Assembly: GCA_951406725.2 (NCBI GenBank)
Contig: OX597831.1
Location: 64,418,001 to 64,482,000, forward strand
DNA length: 64,000 bases
Source of the DNA: Octopus vulgaris
Lineage: Eukaryota
Direction: 5' to 3'
Of this stretch, positions 26,811-42,230 are shown in pieces (the first letter of the stretch is position 1; the number at the start of each line of letters is the position of its first letter). Under the pieces are notes generated by a model. The model saw only the letters and a program-made list of their open reading frames with translations, did no database searches and was not told the origin of the DNA. Both the position numbers and the translations under genes were made by a program.

Positions 26811-26851
<41 letters not shown>

Positions 26852-26854
26852 CGT

Positions 26855-27144
26855 GGAGGCGCAATGGCCCAGTGGTTAGGGCAGTGGACTCGCGGTCAGA
26901 GGATCACAGTTTCGTTATGAGCGTTTATTGAGTGAAAACACCTAAAGCTCCACGAGGCTCCGGCAGGGGGTGGTGGCGATCTCTGCTGTACTCTTTTGCC
27001 ACAACTTTCTATCTCTCTTTCTTCTGTTGGCCTGCTCGCCTAGCCAGCGGGGTGGCATCATTTGAAGGCTAAAACAATGCGAAGCGCATTGTGACCACTG
27101 ATGTGTAGCAACATCTGATAGCCTGGTCAGTCACGATGATCACA

Positions 27145-27150
<6 letters not shown>
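26855..27150 (+). mobile_element. SINE family D
   Basis: ggaggcgcaatggcccagtggttagggcag head, B-box region partly deleted. Confidence 0.8.
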
Positions 27151-27186
<36 letters not shown>

Positions 27187-27216
27187 AACATATATAGACA
27201 TGTAAATAGATATAGG

Positions 27217-27488
27217 CAATGGTGGACTGGGTCTAAAACATTGGTTGCCAGGAGATTAAGCCCACAACTATAATGCTATCATTTACCTATCTATTTAATT
27301 TTTTTTTTGTTAAAAGTATTATTTTCAACTGCCTACAAACACAGCCAGGTTGAAATAATTAATGCATTCTTCCAGGTGTGTATAAAAAATTCTCACACTT
27401 GAGGGGATGGGCCCCCATATATAGATTCTAATGGCACAGGGGCCCACTTGCCATCGGGCAAGCTGGCAGCCTGCCCAGCCTGCCACTG
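27217..27488. mobile_element. hAT-type MITE
   Basis: Imperfect 15-bp TIRs caatggtggactggg / cccagcctgccactg; 8-bp TSD gatatagg at 27209-27216 and 27489-27496. Confidence 0.85.
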
Positions 27489-27749
27489 GATATAGGGATA
27501 TATAGAGAAGCAAAATCTGAAAAGATTGAGATGAACGCTTGTGTATAAGCATATAAATATTTATATTTTTACAAAACATGTCTATATGGAATACAAAAAG
27601 TACAGAACCTCAAGGGTAGAGGCCATGATGTTTTAGACCCAACAGCTATTTCTGGGGACTTGTATTTATATAATAGTTGTAATATCAGCTGATGGACTAC
27701 GTAAAAATTCGAGGATTTTTAACAAGCAATGGATGCATACAGACATTAC

Positions 27750-27923
27750 CATAAAGCTGGGGAGAAGTATTGACACCTCCTAGTGGCATATCTTTAACTT
27801 TTTGTACACTCCATCTGCTATCATTACAAATATTACATAATTCCAGGCCCCCATCAGACCTGAAATATCATGCCCTCTCCCCTTAGTTTTCAGCATTTTT
27901 TGTACTCCATGTAAATCTGTTCT
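27750..27923 (-). other. Candidate exon (3' part encodes MPLGGVNTSPQLY)
   Basis: Donor ATG|GTAATG; possible acceptors giving exon starts at 27923 or 27859; phase 1 joins 17614-17641. Confidence 0.3.
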
Positions 27924-28261
27924 CTGAATATATAAATATCTAAATGCTTATACATGAGTGTTCATCTTCTAAATATTTTTGGTTTTTATTTCTTTATAGA
28001 TGTATATATCCCTACATATATTGACATGCGTGTATGTAATTATGCATATTTTATATCAAACTCAAGTATGTTTCTCTACATCACTATCTCTCTTTTTCAG
28101 CAAAATTTAGATTCATTGTCCATTAAATTAAAAAATTCTATATGTGGCTGAAGATTGCTCTCCATTTTAAAACTGATGTATTACTTACATTGTTTAATTA
28201 AATGAAGTAGCATTAAACGATTGTACTACACTACCTTGGATATCCTTGTTGCTTATTTTGA

Positions 28262-28292
<31 letters not shown>

Positions 28293-28295
<3 letters not shown>

Positions 28296-30281
28296 TCTCT
28301 ATATATAAAACTGAAATGCGTTTTTACCGCTTGGATCGCTTTCAATGCCACTACATCCCGTCCGATTCGCTCCAAAATTTACAGGGACATGTAGAATGAG
28401 GTGACGATGCCCGTGGGCTACCTTAGTAATCCCTATCTTAAAAGGTGTGGTTGCTAGGGGCCATCTTCCTCACTCATGCTATTTCCTCCATTACCCTCTC
28501 ACTCCCCTTCAATTATAACTTTGACAATTCCATTCCCCTTATTTAATGTATCTGTCACTCTCGCTATTTCCTCTCTTTTTCTCTGACTCTGTTTCCTACC
28601 TTCCCATCACTTCAGCGTTCTTTTATGTATCTGTCTGTCACCAACAGCACACGAGCATGAGAACAAATATTATGAATCAGATATTCTTGCGTTCATTTAT
28701 GTGTGTGTGTGTGTGTGTGTTCTATATATAAATATGTATATATACAAAGTGTATATATCTGTATTTATGTATATTAAACGTTTTCATACTTTTTCATAGT
28801 TATATATATTTTTTAACAAATTATAAATATAATTTAATAATTTTTATTTTCAATTTAAATAATTTAAATTTTTCAATTTTATATTTTATATATTTTCTAT
28901 ATTATATTTTTTTTTAATGTTTTTGTTTTTGGTTTGTCACTGTTTTATTTGCATATTAGTGGTTTTATCTCTAATTTAATTTATACAGATATATATCTCA
29001 TTTGTATACATTTGTATATATAATGCGTGCACACACACACACACACACACGCACACACACACACACACATATATATACATATATATATATATAATGTGTG
29101 CATTACGTAGTCGGTCGATTCAGCTGAAAATATGCACACCTATGTTAAATGTGCTGGCAAGTTTGCATGACAACTATTTTTTTCCTCAAATGAAAGGCGT
29201 CACCTCTAGGACAAAATTCCTCATCTTATAAAATGTGGCCCCAGTAGACCCGAATGAAATCAGGTTATATTAACCAAAATGTGAAAAGGGGTCTAAATGG
29301 GGCTGGAAGGGGATTAAAATTTAAAGGTGCGGGTGTTTAGGAATTCTCTGTTACATCAAGCTAAAAAATTTGCGCCTGCCTTTTAATCGTCAATGTGTTG
29401 CCGTCCATGATAAAGAAGTTTTGAATGCTTGCCATGGTGAGTCTACTGTCGTGAGAAAGAATCACTTCAAAACTTGGTGTTTACGAATTTTCTTTTACAT
29501 CAAGTTCAAAATTTTACGCCAGCCGTTAAACTGTCAATACATTGCTGTCCGTCGTTAAGAAATGCCAGCCATGTTGACTCTACTATCCTCACATTCTATC
29601 CTTTCAAACTTTGGTTTCCAATATTTTATTATTTTTATTCAGCTCGCAAGTTCATCTGTCCCTTTTAAATGTTAGCGTTTTGCTGTCTGCCTTGAAGCAG
29701 ACCTTTCCGTTGCCACTGCCTGATATTTATGATTGATCTTTCTAAATATTTTATTTCTCAACTTACTCAAGATCTGTTGTTTATAAATGGGAGAGAGATA
29801 GATAAAGATAGAGAGTAAGAGAAAGCGAGGGAGAGTCCGAGAGAAAAGAAAAGTAAGAGAGTGGGAAAGTGAGAGAGAAAGGAGAGAGAAACAAAGACGG
29901 AGAATCATCATCATCATCATCGTTTAACGTCCGCTTTCCGTGCTAGCACGGGTTGGACAGTGTAACCGGGGTCTGGGAAGCCAGGAGGCTGCACCAGGCT
30001 CCAGTCTGATCTGGCAGTGTTTCTACAGGTGAATGACCTTCCTAACGCCAACCACTCTGTGAGTGTAGTGGGTGCTTTTCTCGTGCCGCCGGCACAGGTG
30101 CCAGGGCGGCTCGCAGCGGCAATGATCGGTTGGTGCTTTTTACATGCCACCGGCACAGAAGCAAGTCAAGGCGGTGCTGTAATTGGCCACGTTCGGATGG
30201 TGCTTTTTACGTGCTGAAAGGAAGCAACAGAAAGTAACAACCACACTCTTACCCGCGCGTAGAGCGGGTCACCTTCAGCTA

Positions 30282-30282
<1 letters not shown>
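28293..30282 (+). mobile_element. Complete non-autonomous Helitron (~2 kb) in (TA)n, containing family C insert 29904-30213
   Basis: a|TC start; acccgc/gcgggt hairpin 30251-30269; CTAG|t at 30279-30283; first ~1 kb paralogous to 37543-38510. Confidence 0.88.
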
Positions 30283-30323
<41 letters not shown>

Positions 30324-30845
30324 GAAGAACAATACAAAAGAAACAACAATACAAGGATGTGGAACATGTAAAGTATTAGCAGACGCTAATACTTTACACA
30401 CACACATACACACACCCACATACACACACACACACACATATATATATGTGTGTGCATATATATATATATATTCATATACACACACACAAACAAACATACA
30501 TATAATCACCCTAATCATTCAGAGAGTAAAAGAGGAGGAGAGAGGGTGAAGGTAATTCCACAGTGGTGACTAAGACCCTGAACAATGGAACTGCCTGTAT
30601 TTTGTGGAACTTGCATTACAAGATGTCACGCTCCAGCAAAGACATGCAGCACACATGCGACCTCAATAAATACTGGGTCAGCACCCATGCAAGCCTCACA
30701 GTTTTCCTCCTCTTCTTCAGGGTAAACCAGTTTGCTCCACTTTTAAGCAAACACTGTGTGTATGTGAGTGCTTCAATGTGTGTGCGTGTGTGTGTGCATG
30801 CAGGCATGTGTACGTGTGTGTGTGTGAGTGCACGTGTGTGCATGC

Positions 30846-30886
<41 letters not shown>

Positions 30887-30973
30887 CAGAGAGAGAGAGA
30901 GAGAGAGAAAGAGAGATAGTGATGTAGAGAAACATACTTGAGTTTGATATAAAATATGCATGATTACATATAC

Positions 30974-31847
30974 AGAAAACTTGGTGTAGCCAGGTGCACA
31001 ATTCAGTGCTTATTTAAGAAATACGAGGAAACCGGATCAGCAGCTGACAAAAAGGGTAGGGGACGGAAGAGGCTGACGACCCAGCGGGAGGACCGGATGC
31101 TGATCCGAAAGTCACTGTACAACCGAAGGGTAACGAGCCGGCAACTGGCGGAGGAGATGCAAAAGATGACTGGGAAACAGTTGTCTACAACCGCCGTAAA
31201 GACCAGATTACTGGAAGCTGGTCTAAAATCCTGTAGGGCCACCCGTAAGCCGCTCCTTACAGCCCAAAACCGGAAGAGGCGGCTGCTCTGGGCCCGTGCC
31301 CACAAGACATGGACGGTGCAGCAGTGGCGGACAGTGATGTTCACTGACGAGTCGCGATTCAGTCTCGTCAGTGACAAGCCTGTCCATGTGCGACGCCACA
31401 GGGGTGAGTGCTTCAACAAAGACTGCATTGCTCCCACCATGAAGCAAGGTGGGGGTGGTCTGATGGTGTGAGGGGCGTTCAGCTACAGTGGTGTTGGGCG
31501 GCTCTATGCCGTCGAAGGCAACATCAACGCAGCAAAGTACGTTGAGATAGTACGAGCTGTTTGGGGCACTTCTTGCTGCATGGCGGGGGGGCCATCCCTG
31601 CACAGTACCTGCAGGCACTCATAGACAGCATGCCGACCCGCGTAGCAGCTGTCATTGCTGCCAAAGGAGGAGCAACAAGATATTGACTAAATTTCACGAT
31701 TAATAACAATTATGTGGTGTGCTGGGATATGTTTTAATAAATTTTTGATTAAAAACGAGTTCGTTTCTGATAATAAGTTAATTAAATTAAGAAAATGTAA
31801 GAAAATGTAGAAATTTGAGAAGTGCTAATTAATTTCCGACGCAAGTG
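30974..31847 (+). mobile_element. Tc1 transposon, 5'-truncated and internally deleted
   Basis: GRGRKRLTT..EDR HTH, RKPLLT, VMFTDESRF, MV*GAF, C-terminus SMPTRVAAVIAAKGGATRY; right end ..caagtg|TA. Confidence 0.92.
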
Positions 31848-31907
31848 TACACATGTCAATATATGTAGGGATATATACATCTCTAAAGAAACAGAGAAAA
31901 CTATATA

Positions 31908-32275
31908 TCTCTCTCTATATAAACGGCAGTTTGTCTGTCTGCGTGTCTGTGTGTCTGTTAGGTTGTACCCTCACCCTGACCACGGCTTTCAACCGATTCT
32001 GATGAAACTTGACACACACATAGCCCAATGTCATAATTCAAAACTAACGCAGCGAAAATTTTGAAAAGTTCCCCCAGTTCTGAAAAAATCGATAAATTCG
32101 ACATGGGGTCGAGAATCAGAAACACAAACCACAGACTGTCTAGGGGACGCAACTCGACCTTTTTAACTCTGAAAAAAATTTACCATCATTTTTTTTCCAG
32201 TTTTTTGCTATTTTTTGGCTGTAACTCTCTAAAAATGCTTTATAGTTATTTCCTTAAAACCCGAGCAACGCCGGG

Positions 32276-32280
<5 letters not shown>
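31908..32280 (+). mobile_element. Non-autonomous Helitron lacking terminal CTAG
   Basis: TC..tatataaa start; 3' cccgagcaacgccgggcgata shared with 23463-24255 family. Confidence 0.75.
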
Positions 32281-32321
<41 letters not shown>

Positions 32322-32719
32322 TTCGAAAACTCCACCAGAGTGGACAAAAGCGCTAATTTATGATATATGATTTATAAAACCATGTAACATACTAATAAAT
32401 ATCTGTAAATATAAAACCATCCAGATTTCTGAGTACCTCATTTCTTCTAATATATAATACCTGTATATATCTCCAAATTTCCTAATGTATCATCATCATC
32501 ATCATCGTTTAGCGTCCGCTTTCCATGCTGCACAGGTGCCAGACAAGTCTGGCAAACGGCCACGGTCGGATGGTGCTTTTTACGTGATATACATACACAC
32601 GCACACACACATATATATGTGTGTGTGTGTGTATGTGCGTATATACATGTGTGTGTATATATATGTGTATATATATATGTATGTGTGTATAAATGATATC
32701 CATGCATAGATTGGACACG

Positions 32720-33132
32720 TATCTCCCAATATCGTTGTGGCACTCCGTCGATTATGACGACAAGGGTTCCAGTTGATCCGATCAACGGAGCAGCTTGCTC
32801 GTAAAATTAACATGCAAGTGGCTGAGCACTCCACAGACACATGTACCCTTAACATAGTCCTTGGAGAGATTCAGTGTGACACAGAGTGTGACAAGGCTGG
32901 CCCTTTGAAATACAGGTACAACAGAAACAAGAAGAAAGAGTGAAAGAAAGATGTGGTGAAAGAGTACAGTAGGAGTCGCCCCGCCATCCCCAAGCCCCCA
33001 TCCCCCCGCAGAGCCTTGTGGAGCTTTAGATGTTTTCGCTCAATAAACATTCACGATGCCCGGTCTGGGAATCGAAACCGCGATCCTACGACCACACGTC
33101 CGCTGCCTTGACCACTTGGCCATTGCGCCTCC
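32720..33132 (-). mobile_element. SINE D head with alternative tail
   Basis: Head shared with 18808-19184; distal part differs. Confidence 0.7.
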
Positions 33133-33869
33133 ATGTCTACCACTATAACCCTAGGCTGACCAATGCTTTGTCAGTGAATTTCAAAGATGAGAACATTTTT
33201 GGCTTCCATGCAACTCTTCAAAATTGGACACTAAGTCTGGGTGTGATAGATACCTGCTTTTCCTGCAAAAATACACTACATTAAATATATCATTTTTATG
33301 AGTAGTTCTCCCATCCAACCCATGCCAGCATGGAAAACGGACATTAAACGATGATGATGATGATGAGTTAATACCAAATTCTTTCCGAGGGAGCATAAAG
33401 AATACACCAAGATTTTACCAAAACTCCAAGTTGAGTTATTATAAAAACATGTCTGCGTGTGTGTATGTGTGAAGGTGTATGGCCAAGTGGTTAAGACGTT
33501 GCACTCACGATCTAGTGATCAAGGGTTCGATTCCTAGAATGAGCGACACGTCACTTCATGTCACATTGCTCCAGTCCACTCGGCTGCAAACGGGTTACCC
33601 TGTGTCAGAATAGTCTTCCAATTGAGGTGAATGTTGGCCTGCCCACCTAGCTAGCTGGGTGATATCATTTGAAGGCTAAATCAATGTGAAGTGCATTGTG
33701 ACTAGTGATGTATGACCACAGCCGATAGATTGGTACAGCATGTCCAGCATGGCCACAGTCAAATGACTGAAACAAGTAAAAGAGTAAAAGAATAGATAGA
33801 TAGATAGATAGATAGAGAGAGAAAGGGAGAGATAGAGAGATAGAGAGATAGATAGAGAGAGAGATAGAT

Positions 33870-34930
33870 ATGTTTCTTTATTAGCCACACAGGGCTGCAC
33901 ACAGACAGGACAAATTACAAGGTAGAGCTTTTCTTTTGGGGGTAAAAAAAAAGGGGGTTTGGTTTTCGATCAAAATGGATCATAAAAGGAAAGAAAGAGG
34001 ACAAAAAAGGGGAGGATAAAATTTTTAAAAAAAAGGGCGGGATTGATCAATAGGGATCGTTATCACAGAAATGTCAATATGAAGTGTAAAGGGGAAGACA
34101 GGTGAGGTTTACCCGTGGAAAGAAAAGCCTACGGAAAAGACCACGGTAACCTCGGTCAATGAAGTCACATGTTATATATATATATTTTTTTTTGCAAATA
34201 AGCAACTCTGTATTAATTTTTACGGTTCATAGAATCATAGTCAAGGTGGCTTCGTCATTCATACGTGCCATCCTTGCTACATTCACCCATCTTTTTTTAA
34301 AACATTCACTGGACAAAACTTGCCTCTCTACTCTCACTTTCCTCTTCAAGTGATACTTGAAGAAGTTGAGAGAGATTGACCAGAGAGGAAAGTGTTTGTC
34401 TCTAATCCTTTCAGGCGCGTCCACCAGATACATTCTTTCGCCATAGCCACAAGTATGATAAAAATAGCTCTTCCTTCCCGTTTGAAGGAAGGAGGCGTGA
34501 CGGTATTAACGATAGACTCGGCTGATAAACCGACACGTCCCACACGTGACAGCAGCCGTTCGACATAAGCCCACAGGTCGGAGATTGTTGGACACTGCAC
34601 GATTGCGTGCAGAGCGGTTTCGTCGCTCTGCCCGCATCTCGGGCAGGTCGGCCCCGTGTTTCTCGAGCCATGCCTATAGAGCTTATCCCGAACGGGTAGC
34701 GCTTCTCGGTAGCGCTTCTCGGTAGCACCGCCAGGCCAGGGATCTCTGGAAGTTGTACATAGGTCGCGGCCCGAAAGTCGTTTCAAACAGGCGGGGTCAG
34801 GTATTCCTCGTCGACGCCCAGGTTTGCCCCAAGATCGTCGTCGTACCTCCCCTCCACTAATCCCCTATAGAATGCTTTGGTTGTGTTGAAGTCACTCAAG
34901 GTCGACCCGGGACGGCAGAGTTGCTTGAGA
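33870..34930 (-). mobile_element. L1/Tx1-clade LINE 3' end in (AG)/(AGAT) microsatellite
   Basis: REALPVRDKL..CPRCGQSDETALHAIVQC..LW (zf-RVT CCHC motif) then 3' UTR with aataaa. Confidence 0.85.
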
Positions 34931-34951
34931 GCAACGCGACACTCGCGGTAT

Positions 34952-35024
<73 letters not shown>

Positions 35025-35031
35025 CAACTTA

Positions 35032-35460
35032 CTGTATATTTTTCGCTTAATTTTTATCGACGAAAGATGTAAACGTTGGTGGGAAAAGCCAATGCGTAAC
35101 GATGCCTTCTGTTGCAAACAAGCTCTTATTATACTCTGTGTCAGAAGTGCAACGACTCATCGTAACCAGCGCTATTGTTCACCAACAGCGGTATTGTTCG
35201 CTAACAACGCTATTGTTCACCATTTGCTACATAAAAATAAATAAATAAATGAATAACTAAAACAGTAACTAACGTGTGTTTGGTGTATGTGAGCTATTAA
35301 GAAGCAGGTCACATTTACGATCTCACACTTAACAAATAGTACGAGCGAGATGGGAGGTTGAATGTGGGATGAAGGTAGGTCGATGAAGGTAGCAGCCAGC
35401 AATCGGCGTTGACGCGTGCTGGCAAGTGACTCCCCGGCACTCGCCATACGTCACTCCCGT
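35032..35460 (-). promoter_or_regulatory. CpG-rich candidate promoter and 5' exons of minus-strand transcript
   Basis: Local CpG enrichment, TGACGT half-CRE near 35450, tttttatgtAG acceptor near 35227, A|GTAAGT donor at 35031. Confidence 0.4.
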
Positions 35461-35929
35461 TTGTAGCACGCATTGGTGGACGGTCTTATGTAAGTGGGGC
35501 ACCTTTGATCAACAGTTTGACATATTTGCCAAAGTTAACAGCTGTTTACATACGACTTTCGAGAGTTGCTATTTTGTTTTTGCAGCATTCAGCTGTTGGT
35601 TTCGCCCTGGGTCAGCCTGATCTGGTTGATTTATGAATAGGAACGATGCAGCGATGATCTTTCTCCTGTTCGAACCACGTTAGAAGCAATGTTTGTCAAC
35701 AGTTTATGTATGTATGTATGTATGCGTGTATGTATGCATGTATGTATGTATGTATGTATGTATGTATGTATGTATGTACGTATGTATGCATGTATGTACG
35801 TATGTATGTATGTGTATGTATGTGTGTATTGTGGTCTTGTGCTAAAGAAAAAATATTATTTATAACTTTACTTCTAGTTCTACGTTTGAAAACGAATTAT
35901 TCCGCGTTCTCTCGAAGTTTCTAAATTCT

Positions 35930-36888
<959 letters not shown>

Positions 36889-37215
36889 TATGGTCTAACA
36901 GCCATGGACATCTTTATAAAATCAAAAAACATCATGGACGCCCATAACTTTGGGAAACATTGTTTCACGCTCAGAATTGCTGAAGCATGGAATAAGTTGT
37001 TAGCTATTTGGGGACATTGCACCCTTCAAAACTTCCCTGCTTCCCCAAATTCGCCAACAGCACACCTGATGACCCCCACTCCATCCTTTTTTTAGCGATT
37101 CGTGCTGTTTACTTCCAACGTGTACCTATGTACCCTACACGCACCTTTTTGTTACCTTTTCCGACGAGTTGTATATTGCACCTGAGCACTGTATACAATA
37201 AATTCGTTACATTAT
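36889..37215 (+). mobile_element. CR1/L2-group LINE 3' end
   Basis: HGHLYKI and [16 protein letters not shown]-terminal motifs, short UTR. Confidence 0.75.
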
Positions 37216-37303
37216 TTTTTACATTTTTACCTTCTCACTTGTTTTACCTGGCAGAAAAACGTGCGTCGATCAAAATGCTTAGCGGCATCTCTTGTGTCTT
37301 TGC

Positions 37304-37364
<61 letters not shown>

Positions 37365-37504
37365 GTACAGAGTTCAACTTTCACCGAAAATAAAATTTGT
37401 CTTCCATCTTTCCAGGATTCGATAAAATTGACAGGTAACGCTAGAACCGTAGTTAAATTCTCGGTTCGATAATGATACGACTGAGGAGTCTAACGCGGGT
37501 CATA

Positions 37505-39612
<2,108 letters not shown>

Positions 39613-39721
39613 GCGGCTCGGCTCGGCTCGGCTCGTATGTATGTATGTATGTATGTATGTATGTATGTATGTATGTATGTATGTATGTATGTATGTGTGT
39701 ATGTATGTATGTGTGTATATG

Positions 39722-40452
39722 TCAGGTCACTTTCGAGTGCTACTGGTAACATGTAACCCAGTACAACCTGTTGCATGGTCGGGCCGTCGGCGACTAAACC
39801 GGCAACCCCACCAAGCTTGCTTGGTGAGGAGGGTGTTTACTGGACACCCTACGGGATGAAAAACAAAACCCGTCAAAGGGCGGAGGAACTCTTGAAAGTC
39901 AACGGCCATCCAATAAATGTCTCAGGGCTGTATCATGCGCGGGGACAGAAATAATTGGACTGAATACCCGATCGCGTGGTTAAACCATTGGGAGTGATGG
40001 ACTCCTAGCCTTTGCTAGGGCATCCTTCTAGGAGAAGGTAACTCAGGTAACTGGGATAACTCCAAAATAAAACCTGCGGCTCAGTGGTTACCGATGATGT
40101 TGACTTGTTCTTCTTTTCGGATTATGGTTGCTGTTGCTTAGTGAGTGGGATTAACTCAGGGCACAGCCTTTCCTCACTTAAAAAAAATCTTCTTGCACAG
40201 GCATTGCACGATAACAACATTGTTCATGATTGTTGATGATGCTGTGAGTCTCAACTGAATGGCGGGCTGTAGCCTTAAAAAGCAAATAAAAGTCACATTC
40301 GATCACAGCACCAATAACAGTTAAGCTTCGTGCAATGGCCATACTCGATAACGAGGGGGCAGCCATTATGTATGTATGTATGTATGTATGTATGTATGTA
40401 TGTATGTATGTATGTATGTATGTATGTATGTATGTATGTATGTATGTATGTA
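39722..40452 (+). mobile_element. RTE-derived non-autonomous (bipartite-like) element in (TATG)n
   Basis: gggcatccttctaggagaaggtaactc resembles RTE 5' UTR motif; 3' stem-loop ctcg-ataa-cgag before the (tatg)n tail; no ORF. Confidence 0.5.
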
Positions 40453-40851
40453 TGGTGTGATGATAGAGAAGTTAGGCAAATAGTAACTGTCTTTCACATA
40501 ACTAACGCGAGAAGTTTTTCGTTGCATCATAATTTCTCCATATAATAGATTATTGTCTTTAATCTTGTTCCAAAGTTTGTCGACCGAATGACTAGCGAAT
40601 AATATAAACTCTTGCAAACCACATACTCACACAAACCACATACTCACACTGAAGATTTTGCTTTCTCCTTTTTATATATTCTCGTTTAAACAGGTTCTTT
40701 CACTCGCAACATACTTGCTATAGACTTCCATCTTTTACAAAACACACTTTGCGACAGGCATTTCTTCTCCAGTCTTATTTTCCGTTTCATGTGGAAAACG
40801 AAAAAGTCGATTAGCTCAAGACTGGAGATGAATATGCCTGTTGCAATTCCT

Positions 40852-42230
40852 GGATCTTTTCATTTTGAAGGCCAGATTTTTCGGATTTTTCTAGTTAACT
40901 AAATAATTTGAAACTTCGTATACTGGTAGAATGTGTCAAAAGAAAACATTAATTTCAACTAGTTTTTTTGAGAAAAATGTATTTTATAAGTTTAAACGTA
41001 GTTTAAATCTACGAATTTTAACCAATCGTATTGTCTGTTTTCATTTGAAATCATTAACTGCATAATGTTACTGTGACGTAGACAGCTATTTTGTGAAAAT
41101 TTGAAACAGCGTGTGTAAGTAAGCTATCGTTTGAAAATTTTAAAGTCATTTAAAATTTTATACAAAACAAATTTTTAATTTATTAGTTTAATGTGTCTTC
41201 CTTCATTTATTAAATGTGTATTGTATAAAAGTATTGCCTTGTAGACAGCTATCGTTTGAAAATTTTAAACAGCGTGTGTAAGTAAGCAAAACAGAGGCAT
41301 TTAAAATTTTATACAAAACTAATAACTTAGCTGTTTTACAAACAATAATTTTTAAATTCGTTGTTTAAAATGGCGAGTCTAGGTGAATTGTTTGTTACCA
41401 TAAAATCGGAGGCAGCAAAGGGTATTATACCTAGCAGTAAGAAGTGTAAAAAAGGGCACCAAATGATAAAGAAATTGGTAGCGAATAATGTTTGCTGGCG
41501 GTGTATCCGCAAAGGCTGCGATCAGAAGTTGTCTGTCCGGAAGGGAACATGGCTTGAAGGCTGCACGCTCCCTCTGCGGACTGTAGTCCTTTTTTTGTAC
41601 TCTTGGGTCAAGGAACTGACTACAGTGCATTATTGTGTACAAGAACTGGGGATGAGCCACGCTTCAGCTGTGGATTACAGCAATTATGTGCGAGAAATAT
41701 GCGCGCATGGCTTGCTAATGAAACCAGTTGTAATAGGTGGTCCTGGGAAGATTGTCGAGATAGACGAGACAGTCTTCTCTAGGAGGAAGTTTAATCGAGG
41801 AAGGGTGTTACCTCAGCAATGGGTATTCGGTGGGGTGTGTCGTGAGACCAGAGAAGTTTTCCTTTATGCAGTACCTTCTCGGAATCGCGACACACTCGAA
41901 GAATGCATCCGTCACTCGATCCTCCCAGGTACCACAATATTTAGTGACCTGTGGAGGGCTTATTCGCATATTCCAGAGATCGAGGGATACAATTTTTGAC
42001 ATAGAACGGTGAACCACAGCGTCGAGTTTGTTAACTCCGTTGACAAAACACATACCCAACAAATAGAGAGCACTTAGGCGTGTTTAAAACGGGGTAACAA
42101 GCGGCGTTGTGGTACACATCGTTCTATGATTGACTTGTATCTCTGCGAATTCATGTGGCGGCGCAGACACGAGAAAAGTGACCTTTAGGAGAAATTGCTG
42201 GCAAACATTAGAAATTTCTCCAATTAGTTA
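40852..42230 (+). mobile_element. Merlin (IS1016/IS1595-related) DNA transposon, left TIR + transposase
   Basis: GG-starting end ggatcttttc.. similar to reverse complement of 61850-61998; internal repeats 41079-41320; transposase downstream. Confidence 0.85.
41370..42228 (+). pseudogene. Merlin transposase with three in-frame stops
   Basis: IGGPGKIVEIDET..RRKFNRGR..WVFGG, IFSDLWRAY, HRTVNHS, THTQQIES, YLCEFMWRR. Confidence 0.93.

Noticed and set aside
30552-30740. Unique-looking island as exon
   Set aside because: No consistent acceptor/donor pair or recognisable peptide
33253-33261. 9-nt minus-strand micro-exon (ttttgcAG GAAAAGCAG GTatct)
   Set aside because: Weak donor; cannot be distinguished from chance
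35217-35447. 76-aa ORF MASAGESL..
   Set aside because: No homology recognised; runs into intron-like T-rich sequence, more likely promoter/UTR
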